Notes under the pieces: model-generated
The model's database searches: none
What the model was told of the DNA's origin: nothing
Seen by the model: the letters and a program-made list of their open reading frames with translations, nothing else
Origin: Harriotta raleighana
Lineage: Eukaryota
Reading direction: 5' to 3'
Assembly: GCA_050575255.1 (NCBI GenBank)
Contig: JBNZDD010013714.1
Location: forward strand, 4,681,600-4,745,599
Length of the DNA stretch: 64,000 nt
Part shown: piece after piece, positions 38,854-53,145 of the stretch
How positions within the stretch are numbered: the stretch's first letter is position 1
Layout: each line of letters begins with the position of its first letter
Translations under genes and position numbers: made by a program

Positions 38854-41800
38854 ATCTATTTCACAACACAGAAAGATTCACCATCTGCACAAATACGTGG
38901 ATCACATCACAGCAGCTGTGAAAGCCACCACTAAAACACTTGAGACATTTCAATATCAACAACGGCCTATAATTTGCAGTCTAGAGCCACAGTGGATTAG
39001 ACTGAGCTACTAGAGCAGAATCATTGTGCCTCACAAAGTAGCATTTCTTCAGCACATCGGACACTGACTATAAGTCCCACCACAGAAGGATCATTATACT
39101 TTAAAAGAAAACTCCAGTTTTTGCAATGTCAAAACAATGCATATTTGTGGCATAAAACATACACAAATTGGGCTGGGTGGTTTTGCAGATAAATAAACTA
39201 TTTTGTGAGTCAGATCTCATCTACTAACTTTTTGTGGACTGAGCTCATTCAGTGGTTTATTATTCAGCAAAACACTACAATTGTAAGCTCACAACACAAA
39301 ACTCCCACGATTCAGCAGTAATATTGACAGGAGTCATCATTAGGAAAATGAAGATATTCAGTACTATTCTGAGGCTGTTGTCAGGTAAAATTTAATTCTA
39401 TTGAGTTAGAAAGGGGAAGAATTGCACTCAGTGGGTGAAGCTATGCATTCTACACTGGTTATGCTGAATTGTGAATGCTTGATTCAGTGCCCAAACAATG
39501 TTTAGTTATCTGTTATTATCTGCTATCCTCCTGACGTGAAAGGTTCTATGTAAATGTGATTTTGTTGTTGAATTGACATCCTAACTTCGAGGACTCCAAA
39601 ATGCACCATTGTGTATTATACATGCACAATATGATTTATATTTATATAGTATCTTTCTTATTGCGAGGACGTCTCAAAGCACTTTACACAGCTGGCTGGG
39701 CACCTGAGTTATGTTGAGGGGAAACAGGTGAGAGCTGAAGAGGATAAAGAGGGGAAAGATGACCAAAAGTCTTGGACAAATGCATGTGTTATTATATAAA
39801 AGCCTGATTGTCATTGGCTGTTTTCTCTATTCTTGGGCTGATCTGTACTCAGTTGAACCTATGGCTTCAAGGTTTCTTTCAATCTCACAGAGAATATTAA
39901 TGTTCAAGTGAATTGTCCATTAATCCATCAGGAGTGCAGGAAGAAATGCTTTACATCATTTCCTGAAAGGGCAGTTTCTCTATGTGCCAGTAATACGTGT
40001 TCGAATAAGAACATACAACCTAACAATTGGGATGGCATATCTGTAACTGATTCTGCTTTAAAGTATCTAAAACCGTTTCTTTATATTATTTTCATATAAA
40101 GCCTGGGAATCTGTAACATTTTTAAACTTTTGGAGCTATGAAAATCTTTTGCATATTTGCCTCACTTGCTCTTGAGACACAATAAAAATTTTATTTCATG
40201 CAAAATTCAGAATAAAATGTCAGTATAAATAAATGTATAAACAATATGCTTAGGATGTTGGTGAACATTGTATGTGCATCAGTTTGGAATGATAGTCAAT
40301 TTTATTTTTCTGAAAAAAATTATCTTAAAATCTAAGCATGCCAGAATCATATTAAGATAATGAATGTGTGTTTATCAAATGCTTTTTTGTAAAAAGTCAC
40401 AATTCTTGAGCTCAGTCGATCTGTTGACTTGAAATTTGCCTCCAACCCAGTATCACCCCTCAATTTACTGGTCTATGGATTTGAAACCAATGAAACTGAC
40501 CTAAATTTGACAAAGCAATCAATGAAAAGGGTGCACAGGGCTTTTAAAAGCCATCCAATTAATAAAAGCCAGTTGCAGAAATAAAACAAAATTAGTTTCT
40601 GAAACCCCAGTTCAATAAAGAAGAGATGCTCTAAAATATCTGCTTGCATTATTTTGAACATCAAGTAAGTCGTTGGTAAGTCCCTGAACATCTTGCTCAT
40701 AGGGGGGAGGGAAAGCTGTAGTTTCCAAGCTTGAATCACAAACTCTGTATTTTGCCTTAACAGCTATCCTGCTATATCCATAGTTTGGTTATGGGAGTAC
40801 AGTGTTGTGATTTTGTAGAAAATCAATAACTGCTTCTGTTTGGAGAGAGAGCATAAAGAACAGCCAACTGTACTATATTGTAAGTGTTCCACAACCAGAC
40901 CCAGCACTCACCTTACAACAGCAAATCCCTGCAAATTATTAAATAATAAATCACAAAGTAGAGCAGTCTTGGTGGACAGAACATGTTTCCCAGCAAAGCA
41001 GACAGAGACAAATAAATTATTTAGTCTCAAGCAAAGATAAAACAACAGGGAAAAAAAAAGAGAAGTTCAGATTTTTTTCTTTGCAGTTTTTAAAATGGAA
41101 TATGCTATGGGTTTATTGACAGATGGTTGGAAACCGCATGGTCAATGACATGGCTTAACCTAGAGAAGCATCTCTAACAGCCAGGCTCAGCATTGAAAAC
41201 TTGTAATTTGAGAGCAACTTCACTAAAGATACCAGGAGAGAACAGTTGTCCAAAAGTCTCTGATGACAATCAAATCCAAGAGAGGCAAAAGGTATTAAAT
41301 ACTGAACAGTGCAATTTGGAGATTGAAAAAAATGACAGCACTTGTTCACCTTTATGTTGAGAAGCGCTTTTGAAATAAAATGAACATTAACCTTCACGCA
41401 GTAAATTGTGTTCTTTGCTTGCACTTCCTCATTTGAATTTGATCAGGCATTCACTCCTAACGTTAACATGTATTTAGGTTAGAATTCTTTCTGAATTTTA
41501 TGATACCATGGCAGAATATTCCCTCCAACTGATACTAATGCAACATTAATAAATATATATTTTTTCATTTTATCCTCAATTTTTATCACTCAAATTCCAC
41601 ACCAAAATCAAACACAGCATTTCAATCAACCAGAAATGGGCCATATGATTTAAGGTTTTCTATGCATAATAAAAGGAAAAGGGATTCAAGGAAATATTTA
41701 TATTTTAGTGGACACTCAGAATAACAAACCTACGCTTGTTATAAGCTTCAGATTTGAAAATCACATCAATAATAGTGGGTTCCCAGCCACTCAGTTTAAT

Positions 41801-42109
41801 TTCCTTTTATGTTTTTTTTCGCCAATTTTAAATATTCAGAAAATATTCAGTATGTAGTATTTTTAATGTAAATGTAATAAATTTTGCAGGAGCATTCTGC
41901 ACCTTTGCCACCTAAAGCTCTTTTTTATCGTAGAAACAGCAGAGAGATGCTCCTTTTTTTTTACATCAAATATAAATAACCCTTGGCTTACTTGAATAAA
42001 CTTGAGTGTGTATTCCGCTAAATGTGGATTTCAAATGATTTTTAAAAAATAAAATTAAAATTCAAAGATAGCAAGTGAGCAAAAAGGTTATGTATCTTTC
42101 AAAGGCTGA

Positions 42110-42620
42110 GGGCACATTTAGGCAGCAATGTCACTAAAATTATGCATTTCTTTTGTGATTTGGAATTTAAGTAATAGCCACTTTCTGCTCAAATAAATGT
42201 TACAAACATTATTCAAGTTGTCAGCTTTTTTTTTATCCGTCATTAGTAATTGTCACAGTGAGATTGTAACTGCCACTGATTCTGGTCATTCACCAGACTT
42301 ACACCTGGCTGTTTGTTTGCCAATTCATGACATTTACACAAAGAAATGTGCTGGGTGCTGGAAACCCTTCAGGCTGACTCTGAAGTGCGTTTTCTCCGAT
42401 TATTTAATAGAAAAAAGCAGCCAATTATTTAACTACAGTACATTTTATTCATTGCGCTGTTCATTGTTATGATGGAATAGTCATTAGTTTTTTTTAAGCG
42501 AAACATTTTTAACAGCAAAGTAACTGCAAAATTGTAGTTTCAGGTAGTTAAATAGCACAGAGTTAATGAGTGTTTTATATATCTACCAAAAGTGCCGCAA
42601 TTACAAATTTTTTCAATTGG
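42110..42620. promoter_or_regulatory. Candidate conserved non-coding element
   Basis: No recognisable repeat; clustered TGTCA/TGACA (Meis/Pbx-type), TGTTTG (forkhead-type), CATTGT (Sox-type) and TAAT motifs. Confidence 0.4.
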
Positions 42621-43310
42621 TTAGCCAAATACTATAATTAAATACTAATAGATTAATGGGACTATAATTGTTGAATCCTTTCAGTCTGCTTTGTTGGCAA
42701 GCTTTCTCAGTTTCAGCTAACCTCACTATCATTTATGGACTATGTCTCACTTAGCCTCATACTAATGTCACTGTTCCTCTAAGTGAACAGTTTGTGTGAT
42801 CTCACAAAATGTGCATTGGGTATAAATGATGTAAATCCCCAGTGTCTACCAGTCTCACCAAAACTAAATTGCAGTCCAATGTTACTTAATTTATTGGAAT
42901 AATTTATTTTAAGACTCCTGTATTGAATAATCAGTCCAACTTGCCCTTGAAATGCCATCTGCAATTGTAACTTTGATTAATTTGTCAGGATTATATTTCC
43001 CCTGGTCTGCTTCATTGCTGGGCTAGGTGGTCCTAACATTTGTACCTGTTAGCAAAATGGTGGTGAGGTTCACCTGACCATACAAAGAGTTGGGGGAGCT
43101 TTTTTCCATTACAATAAGGATCTCTTTCTTCCGTTTGTAGTTTATGAATATTCCTATTCTTCTTTTGAAGTAAAAGGAATGTTTCTGCAATGTATTTATT
43201 CCTCCACACATCCCCCCAAAATTCTGACTATCCTGTTAACCCTGTAAGCCGAAGCCCTTACCAGTAGAATGGTTCCTAACAAGTAGCATGAGCTTGCCAG
43301 GCAGTGCTTT

Positions 43311-44212
43311 CAACAACAACAACAAAATTATCTTTGTAATCCTCTGCAATCCTCCAGTGCCTTGGGACATCCTCATGTTAGGAGGATGTCTCAAGGTCCT
43401 GGACAGTCAATGTTTCAGACCCGAGCTAGGATTGGGATCGGGGAGGGTGGAGGGAAGGGAAGCGAACGGGGATGACTGATGGCCTGATTAAGAGGAGGGT
43501 CTTGAGGTGGGATTTGAAGGAGTCTAGCGAGGGGGCAAGGCGGAGGGTGAGGACATGGGCTGCAGAGTTCTGGATGATCTGCAACCTATGGAGGGAGGAG
43601 TTGGGGAGGCTGACACGCAGAGCATTGGCATACTCGAGCCTGGACATAATGAAGCATGAATGAGAGTTTCAGCAGCCTTAAGTGTGAGGTAGTGGCAGAG
43701 TTGGGCAATGCTGCGGAGGTGAGGGAATGCAGAGCGGGTCATTTCATGGGAGAAAAGGCAATTGAGGATCGAGCAAGACACCTGAGTTCCTGACCGGCTT
43801 GGTGAGATTGAGTGTGCATCCAAGGAGGTTGATGCTGCCAGTGCCTGAGGTGCGGATGCACTGGTGCAAGCCAATCAGGATGGCCTTGGTCTTGTTAACA
43901 TTCAACTCTAGAAAGTTAGCTCTCATCCAGGATCTGATGTCTGACAGGCAGTCTGTCAGGACACAAGTGGTCCTGGAATCGAGGATAGAGGCAGAAAGAT
44001 AGATGGGTGTCATCTGATTTATATAGAAGTTGACCCCATGTCTGCAGACGATGTTACCAATGGAGAACAGATAGATGTTGAAAAGTAGTTAGCCAAGGAC
44101 AGAGCCCTGGGGGACACTACACGTGACAGTGCGGGGGCTGGAGGAGATGCCGTTGGTGGCATCAGAATGAAGACAGTGGGAGATGTAAGATTCAAATCAG
44201 GCAAGGGCAAGT
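43311..44212 (-). mobile_element. L2 LINE, 5'-truncated and internally deleted (RT C-terminal half)
   Basis: Minus-strand peptides LTDCLSDIRSWMRANFLELNVNKTKAILIG, AAETLIHA, SRLEYANALRVSLPNSSLHRLQIIQNSAA and SFKSHLKTLL; (caa)n tail at 43311. Confidence 0.93.
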
Positions 44213-46979
44213 CTGCGAAGTTTTAAAATGTTTTTAACTGGTCAAACTCCAGAAGTACAAAAATGCATACTCTGGAGTCCTCAATCTTTGACTCTTGCCA
44301 ACCAGCACCGAATATTATCTGGAATTAGATAGGAATGCCTCCCTTCAGGTAGAGTTTGTATTCCATCCCAGACCTGGAAATTGCCATGTACCAGTGGCAT
44401 ACATATGAATATATAAAACTATTTATATTCACAGCCACATCGATTTCCCCAGTGACTTCTGTTTTTGTTTCCGATTTCCAACATGTGCAATATTTTGGAT
44501 TTGTTTAACTATATATATGTCTGATTTGGATACTCATAGGCATAGTGATGGGTTTCCACCTGCATCATACCCCCAGGAAAGTAATTTGAGGATAAATGAT
44601 GTGCAGATCGGCTTAATCCAACATCTGGTTTGTTGAAATGTCCAAGGTAGTAATATGAGAAACATTCAAGCTGAAAAACATTTTTTTTGTTAAAGTTGCA
44701 GAATAACTAAAGCAGATTATCAAAACCTTTCGACCTGATTTGAATCTGCTCTGTAAAGACAATATTAAACCTAATGTAAATGTGTTCTGCTCTTCCTGCT
44801 GCACAGATATTCTCACTGAATTGGTGAAATGATAAAATGTGTGAATGTACTTCCTGGCATTGATTTTAGTGTATTGACCTAGGCATAATTTTGTGGACTG
44901 AACTGAACTATAAGTGGGGTTAAAATTTCTACTTTCCACTTGTGCAATACAGTATTCAGCTGAGCACGCAACACCAGGACTTTAGTTACTGTTAATTCAT
45001 TTGCACCCTCCCGACCTCAAAGAGTAGGATTTTGAATATGGTTCGAAATATACATTAAATACTAGTGGAAAACCGATTTTATCTGAGGCCATGCAAACTC
45101 CATTAAATGGTGCAAAGTGCTGAGCATAGTCTTCTATAACATGCTATTTAACTAAAGTGCTGGGCGAGATAATTTGAGCTGCTTTCACATAGAATATGTT
45201 TTGTTTGAATTTCCGTGCTTATTCGTATGCTACTTGTGTTTTGGAATATTGATTTTTGCAAAGGAAAAAAAATTGTGTTTAGTTATCTTTGACAAGTTTG
45301 CAATACTGCCAACATTTCTTCATTGCTTTTCCTACCATATACCAGATAAGTCCTCTGACCCACAATTATTCACCCATATATACAGTACGATGTTGAACAG
45401 TGACCATTCATAAATGAAAAGAGCCTCTAAAAACAGAAGGAATGCTGGATTTAGGCTTTGACCAATGGGTTCATTGTCACAGCAGACTTTTGTTAGCTGG
45501 CTTGTCTTCTTTCTCCCATTTTGTGGCAAGTCAGTTTTGTCAAAGCTAACAGCATCAAGTGAAATGCCCAAAAGATCAAATTTAGGTCGCTCCTTTTTTA
45601 TGTGGATTAGTCTAATTGTTTATATTCTTTGTTGCATTGTATAATCCATGTCTCACATTATGCTTTCTGCCATTCCACATCTGTCTGCTCTCATCGTTTG
45701 GCTCAAGTAGGGGGTTCTCACCCCACCCATTCTTCTGTTTGCCTCGCTTTCCCCCAATGCAATATCTGTATCCTGTAATTTACTCATCATTCTGTTGTTT
45801 TGTTGTTCCTTCGTACAAAGTCATCGTTCTTTCACAAGCTGCAAAAAAAAAATACCCTGACTGTTGCCATTTCAAAACCTGTGATTTTAGAATTTCAACA
45901 GTTAGCCAGATAACATCAATGCTCAACTATTTCCCACAGTGCTCTCTGCATTTCTACATTTCATCAGGAAGCTTTGTCTCCTGGGACGCCTATCATCTCA
46001 AGGCACTCCGAATGGCATGAAAACATAAAACCCCATCTGCTCCATTTAATGATTTCTATTTGATGAATTTTTTCTATTCATGAAGGGAGATGTTATCACA
46101 GGGGACAGCCTGCAGCACACTCTCGCCTATTGCTTCTTCCAAGCCACGACTGATGATCGTCCAACCCCTACCATCAAAATAACAGAGAAAACACACAAAG
46201 TCATCAGTCATAAAAAGTTGACAGTTGACTCTTGATTCTTTCCTTGCATTTTTTGCATACTGAGTGATTGAATCATATTTAATTAGATATCAGGTAATCA
46301 ATCATTGCCAACAAGGAGCTCTGTGTGGTGTTGCATCAGAGGGAACAGGCACAACATACGGAAGCACCTTGGACAGATAAACTGTACAATATTTGTAATA
46401 TCAAAAGAAAGTTATCAGATAAAACAAAAGGATCCTGCTCGCTTGTGGCGCTCAACACCAACAATATATGTTAACAAGTCCGAACAGATGACATGAATTA
46501 CCTAATCAGTCGATGACTATTCAAAAGCTAGCACTTCTCTAGCACTTCCCTCAACCTTTCGGAAAAGCTCACCATCAAATCTGCACAAAGGTTAGTTTAG
46601 AGCTCATGGCCTCTAGCTTTATTCCACTGTCACCTTCGGAGGCATGTCAAGATCAATTTTCTTTAATAGATATCACTTAAGCTCCATGATAATTGGCTCA
46701 TCGCTCTGTGCTGATTGAACAGGAAAGTAGGTTTAGCCTGTGCTCAACAGATGATGGAGAGGACACAACAGAAGCCTAAAACAAGTCCATTCTAAACATG
46801 CCTATGAAACTGAGTAGCATAACGTTGTAAAAGTGAATTGAAAAGAAAATAAATAATGTTTCCCATCTGGGTATCATTTTAATTCTGTATTCATTTTCCT
46901 AGGCATTTAATTTGCACATCTGCTCTGTATATCTCTGCTTCTGTATAACATAAGAACACAACACCTTCAGGTTATCTCA

Positions 46980-48270
46980 TCTATATTGGACAATAGCAAT
47001 CTTTTATTTGTTTCTGCCAGATTGATCATTTTCACGGTTCTTTAAGCCCATTTTAGCCACACAAAGTGCACTAAACAAGGTTACTTGATGGAAGTTCTCC
47101 CCAACCAAACTGCCAAATAGGCATATCCACCAAGGAAGGTGGAGTATTGACACTCTGTTCAGACGGGACTTAGGAAACAGTTCAGATGAACACTGAGAAA
47201 GTCAATGTGTTTAATTCAGTTCCTTTTGATGATGAACCATTTTGACCTCTCTCCAAAAAAAAACTAGCTAATGATTTGTATAAGTTTAGCAATACCTCTT
47301 TGCTTTAATATCCCGAGTGTGTGAGTTCAGACCTCCATTACATTTATAAATATATACTAATACATTTGAAACTCATAGGCTACTGCAATTAACATTGTGT
47401 CATTGAACAGTCTGTTCTTGCTGCTGAGTGACTAAGTGGAGTACATTTGGCATTTTTATCGCTAGTTATGCTTTGACCATTTCAGTGTATCCAGTGAGGA
47501 GGAAAAACACACAGAACTTTCGACAGAAGGCTTACTGTGCTATTCAACTATAATTCTGGTCTTTTTATAGGTGAACTAAATTGGTTGTTGAGTTGGAAAT
47601 CAAACAGCCCTGCAACAACTGCAATGTCCTTGTGGGTGTGAGGCCGGTCATTTCACTTGTCTTCATGCATTTCAATGATTAACTCCCGCATTCATATTAC
47701 TGCAATGACTTGGCTGATAGGAGAGTCAGAATTTATTTGCCATGTGGATTTCACTTCCTCACTACTATTCAGTAGCTTTTCCAGCACTTCCAGGTTTCAT
47801 CGTTTTTGTGCACGTTTTATTGCCTCAAATATGGTGCTATGATCAGTTGCCAAGACATGTAACAAACCTTTCTGGTCCATTAGATTTTTCCAGTGAAAGA
47901 CACATTGAGTTTCACCCAGTCTCTATATCTTGTATGAGATAGTGTTTAGGAATATTCTGTTGTACTTCTGGAAAATTACACCAAACTATGATTGCAAATG
48001 ATCTGTGGCTGTTGTCTGAGGAGGAGAAATTGCTGGTGAAATATTGTCACCAAGATTGTGCATATGCACAATTGTCTATAATTGAAGCCACTGCCATACA
48101 TGTCCTTCATCATGTTTGCGCCATTGTCCTTCACAATTAGACACACAGACAAATGAAAGATATGGTTCCATCATAAAGGCTTTGGAAAAACCTCAGAGTA
48201 TTTGCCCCCGTGATCACTCTTCAACTGAGGAACATTTAGCAGTGTTTGTCTGCGATGACTAGTTTAACTG
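46980..48270 (-). mobile_element. Fossil hAT (Ac/ZBED-like) transposase
   Basis: LIVKDNGANMMKDM (about 48100-48140; cf. VTDNAANM), IPKHYLIQDIETG*NS (about 47908-47955; cf. LIQDVxTRWNS), LEKLLNSSEEVKSTWQINSDSPISQVIAVI (cf. LxPFEEAT...SxVIP), and a weak dimerisation-domain trace near 47000-47110. Confidence 0.75.
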
Positions 48271-48789
48271 TTTGTTGCTCGGTTATACTGGGTATAAATG
48301 AAAGAGAACATTTCAGGACAGAACGGCTATTAAATCTTATTTGCACAAATAAGGTCCAATATCTGCAGCAACAAGACTACAGCTGTTAGTCAAATGGATT
48401 TATTTTACTGAGTAATTATATTATTTGACTAAAACAACAGATGCTATTGGTTCTGTGTTCTGTTAACTGTTCTATAGTCCAATGGTAATAGGATTGCTGT
48501 TGCATTCTAAATTGAACACTACAGATGTCATTTAGCTGTAGCCATGCATGGAAGTGGTGAAAGAGAAAAAAAAACAGGCATAATGCATTCAATGCTTGGT
48601 TGATACCGATAGTATGATTAGGTGTAATGGGAGCACTGTCATCACTTTGTTTTCTGTGGAATTATCTGCAGACTGCTCTGTTTCACAACCACATGCAATT
48701 GTTCACATTCTCACCAATACCGTTGCAGCCCATTCAGTGCTCAACATTGGTCAATCCTGCCTTCAGACTGAAATAGAGACTGGTTCTTA

Positions 48790-48865
48790 ATGGATCCTGT
48801 GATATGCTTTGAGATGTCTTAATGGCATGATAATGTTCTATGTCAAATGCAGGATTATTATTATT
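48790..48865 (+). mobile_element. SINE 3' tail
   Basis: gctttgagatgtct...tcaaatgcaggattattattatt. Confidence 0.7.
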
Positions 48866-50959
48866 AAGCACATTTGTACAGTAACAAAAGGAGAGACTGC
48901 AATTAGTATCGGCACACAGAGAAATCATAAGGTGCTTTATCTGTCAATGGAGGCAATCTCATATACTATATCACTTGACTCAGAAGTAGGATTAGCAATT
49001 TAATAAATAATAATAATGCTAGTGATTGATATAAGGCTTCATTATGACATTGATATATCTCAAAGCTTTTCACGGGATTTATGGTTCAGTGTAGTGACTT
49101 TGTATTTTATAGTCGAACAATAGGTATAGCAACATGCCTTCCTTTTAAGTGGCTCGAACAGACATTTAGAATTTTAGTTAGTTACATATATTAATTTGAA
49201 CATTAATAATTTGTTTCAACGGGACCAACCATGAAGATTACTACTGAAATTCAGTTTGCTTATTTGTTAAGTTCCATTAGAGCACTGTAAGCTGCAGCAT
49301 TTTATAAAATAGTATGGTTTTATCCCTTAACATTGTGACCTGTCTGGATCAATTTTGTGCCAGCAGAGGTTGCTGGTGGTGTTGATACGGTTCATCATTA
49401 CTGCTGTTGCTGATGTTTTCTACAGCTGTTCTCTTGCTGAAAATACAACCACAGACAATAAAGTACTGATAACCACAATACTTCCTGTCACTTCACACTT
49501 GCAGACAGACACACGCACAAGGAAATACATGCACAGAAAGACACATGCATCTTTAATTGCAGTTTGAAGTCCAAAATATTTTGGTAATGGGAATACTACC
49601 CAGATTTAAGCACTGTTATTGTGAATGAACTGTGTCATATCATTCTTTTTTAGGATTCTTGATATTATTGTCTTACATTGCCTTTTTCTTCTACAGACAG
49701 CACTTATAGGCTAATAGTATTAGCGCTACAAATAACCACCAGGCATGAATGAATTCCAAACCTACAGTGATTCAAATTGGATGAGTTCAGGATAATTTGA
49801 TAAAAGCCTGAATTTAGTCCAGTGAGCAACCTTCCTGTTTGGATGCGACTGTGCACAAATATTGGCCAGGATTCATCTTTCTCCAGTGGTGTTACTGCAG
49901 ATTAGATTATCATGGGATGCAGTGGTTGCTTTGATGGTACACCCCTATTTCTAATGCCAGAAATACAAGTTTGCATTTTCTGTAGTCATCTGAACAGTTA
50001 TACTGCATTGCTGCACAGTGACCAAGGCACCAATTAATTCAGTTATCGGCAGTGGAGCTAAAGCACACTTTTTCTGCATGAAATGCCATAATGCTCCCCA
50101 TGTATTATGTTATACTTAAAGTCGCTTTAAAACACACTGGCTCTTTAGCCATGTTAATTCAGTAATGTCTCAAGTGAGTGCAGTGTTCATTTGGTAACAG
50201 CTGTGGGACGAGGTGGGAAAGAGACAGGGCTTCTTAAGGATGAGGAATTATCCTTTTCAGAAAATTTACAGATCAGGCACCAACTATTTGGCAGGGACAG
50301 AGCACCCGTGACTGCATTGTTTCCGCCTCAGCAACGATGTGCTCAGTGACATATGCCATCAGTTACTTGCCAACTGTGCTGAAGCCCCAGAAAGCAAGAT
50401 TGCAACGCACCATGCAAGCACGGATCTGGAGTACTGCAGACTTGCATGCCTGGTTACCCCATACCTGGCACAATGACCATGTCAATACCTTGTTCAATTA
50501 AATCTGTAGATGTGTAAATCTTTTTTTCTATATCCTTCGATGCAAAAATAATTAAAAACAGGAGGAACCATTTCAGTCAATAAAAGTCTGTTCTGCCAAT
50601 TTATTAGATCATTGAAAATCTTTTCATTCCATTTCTCACTCCTTTTCTCTATACCCCTTAATGTATTGCTTCCCAAGCATCTATCTGCTTTTTAAATGTA
50701 CCAATTGAATCGGTACTTAGAACCAAAGCTGTCCTGTCATTCTATGTCCTCTTCTTACAGCTTTCATTGCTCTCAAAGATTGACTTATATTTGCTTTCTA
50801 CAATTGGAAGAATCTTGTTGTTCTCTCGAGAGTAATGGATCTATGATCAGATCCATCAGCTCTTGCATCAATCAACTCTTTCAAAATAATAACTGGATGA
50901 TTATCTGATTGCAAACTGTATTGTAGGGTATAGAACAGATACAAACTAAAATAGACAAA

Positions 50960-51125
50960 TATTCCACAGGGCACATTGTTCGCTGGGGCAGATACAGATA
51001 GAGGTTCTGGAGCTTGACAACATTCACCTACAAAATAGACGATCACTACACCCTACAGAAAATCCTGTGCAGCTCTTTGAGATGTTTCAATTATATAAGG
51101 CGATATATCAAATGTATGGATTATT
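50960..51125 (+). mobile_element. Degenerate SINE 3' half
   Basis: cacctacaaaata...cctgtgcagctctttgagatg...aggcgatatatcaaatg. Confidence 0.6.
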
Positions 51126-52829
51126 CCTTAAAATAAAAACTTCTACATTGTCCAATCCACCTGAACTGTGAACTACGCAGGAAAGTACAGTAGGTAGGTG
51201 TTGTAAAGCTTGATTTAGCTCTTTGCAGTAAATTATTACAAGATGTCCAGTTAAATCTAAACAGGATATAGTTTTTATCTACCCACAAAGTATTTTTGTG
51301 CTTTATCTAGCACCAGATTATTACTTGTAAATTTGCTCAAAATATGTAACATGAAAGCGCAGGTTCATCCCATACTTGGTTGCTCATTAAGAACACTTTG
51401 ATCCCAAATGTCTTTGAAACTCCTGCTCTCATCAATAATTCACTTTCAGATAGTTCGGTGCTGTTCTGACATGTGATCTTTGTTCACTTTTAGTTGCTTC
51501 TACGCAACTGCATTTTGAGTTGAACAGGTAAAATCTACGACTCAATAAAGGCGCTTTTTTTAAGGTACAATTGAGTGAGCAGCCAAAGCAGAAATAATTA
51601 TGTGGACCATAGAACATAGTTTCAATAAATCTATGTACGAGAAGATTGGTGAGGTCTGAAAGTTTTGAATCGCTCTATGGATAATACAGTATCTCCATAC
51701 TTTCTGTAAATGTTCAGATCTAGGGGATGAAAGTCTTTTTTGCTATTCAGTGCCCCAACTTTGATCATGTCCTGCTATAATGAGGCAAAAAGGTGTAATA
51801 TTTCCATTTCTCTTTTGAGGCATCAAAACGTAAAATGCACAGAATCACAGATGCATCACACTCAACATGTAGCACAATTATCNGTCCAGAGAAATGCACA
51901 GAATTACAGATGCATCACACTCAACATGTAGCACAATTATCTGTGATATGTCTTATTTTGAGTTGAACTATACTCTAAGAATAAGAAACTCCAATCAAAT
52001 TAATTTATACCTGAGAATATTATACCATACCAGGAAAATTAATACTGTACCTAGAAAACATTTTACTGCAACAATACAGCTAACTTTTAATTATCATGGT
52101 AACATGGGGTTCAATTGGTAATGAATTCAGCTCACAAGTGAACACAAACCACTAACATGGACTGACAGCTTATTAGCAATAGAAACTCAACACAATCTTT
52201 TATTTCTATTCCAATTGAAAAAGAAAGCAGACATGGTAAATATTAACATCTATTACCCTTTTTTTTAATCAGCGCAACCCTGTATTTTGTGTTTGTACAA
52301 AATTCGGGGAAGTACGAACTTATATTTTTGTGCTTCTTTAATGTAACACACATTATAGCCATGTGATATTTGCTAATTAAAAGCGTGATATTCCTGTGCA
52401 ATAAGAATTCTAACAAAAACAACTATAGCAAAGTATAAATCATGCAACTTGATATTATATCCTGGGAAGCCCTTTGAGATATCTCAATGAAGTGATGAAA
52501 CTCTATATCAAATGCAAGGATTATTAGTATTATTATATCAAACAAAGACAACATAATTCTTAATAACTAGAATATTAAAACTGTTCCAAAAGCCTACATA
52601 GTCAGAATTGGTCAGTGAAAAGATTATAAAGCTGCAGCAATATGCATGTCTGTTAATACAGGAGTATGTTTGGCAGACCAAGTCTACAGAATAATATTTA
52701 ACCAAATCCTTCTGGGCTAGAATCTTACAATTCCTAAACCTTTCGTCCGGTTTATGCTTTCATTATGGTTAAAGAATGGAATCATTGTCATGTTGTTATA
52801 GCAGTAATTGCAATGGCAAAGAACTTGTA

Positions 52830-53135
52830 AAGAGTTCATAAGTCCAAGAAGGTAACTCTTGTACCAGTAGTTTTTTTTGTTGTTCAGTTTTGCTGACTGG
52901 TCTTACAAAACAAAGAGGGACATTGGACAGAGTTCAAAGAAGGGTAACAAGAACATTATGTTTCTCAAATTAATGAACTATGGAAAGACACCAGTGTAGC
53001 TAAATCTGTTAAAATTGGAAAAAAGAGAAAGGGCGAAGGGAATAAATGTGCAGATTTTTTTTGTGTGCAGAAGAATTGGGAACAGAATTAAAAATTGAAA
53101 TAAACTGGAAGTTAAACGTAACCCAACGGAGTAAC
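52830..53135 (+). mobile_element. Old CR1 ORF2 fragment (host of the L2 insertion; appears to resume at about 53810-54100)
   Basis: ttggacagagttcaaagaagggtaacaaga = LDRVQRRVTR (CR1 motif LERVQRRATR), followed by LNLLKLEKR. Confidence 0.65.
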
Positions 53136-53145
53136 TATTATACAC

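Larger units (their letters stand above)
36758..39097. repeat. 1165-bp direct duplication around a 10-N gap (probable assembly artefact)
   Basis: 36758-37922 is repeated at 37933-39097 (offset 1175; identical ORF translations in the track), with N at 37923-37932. Confidence 0.92.

Noticed and set aside
36758-39097. Apparent tandem segmental duplication with duplicated ORFs
   Set aside because: The copies look identical and sit on either side of a 10-N gap, typical of unmerged overlapping contig ends; read depth or long reads would settle it.
45616-46020. 134-aa Phe/Cys/Ser-rich ORF
   Set aside because: Its composition reflects T-rich non-coding DNA; no domain recognised.
51833-51941. About 50-bp direct repeat
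   Set aside because: It straddles a single N at 51883; probably a scaffolding or allelic artefact.
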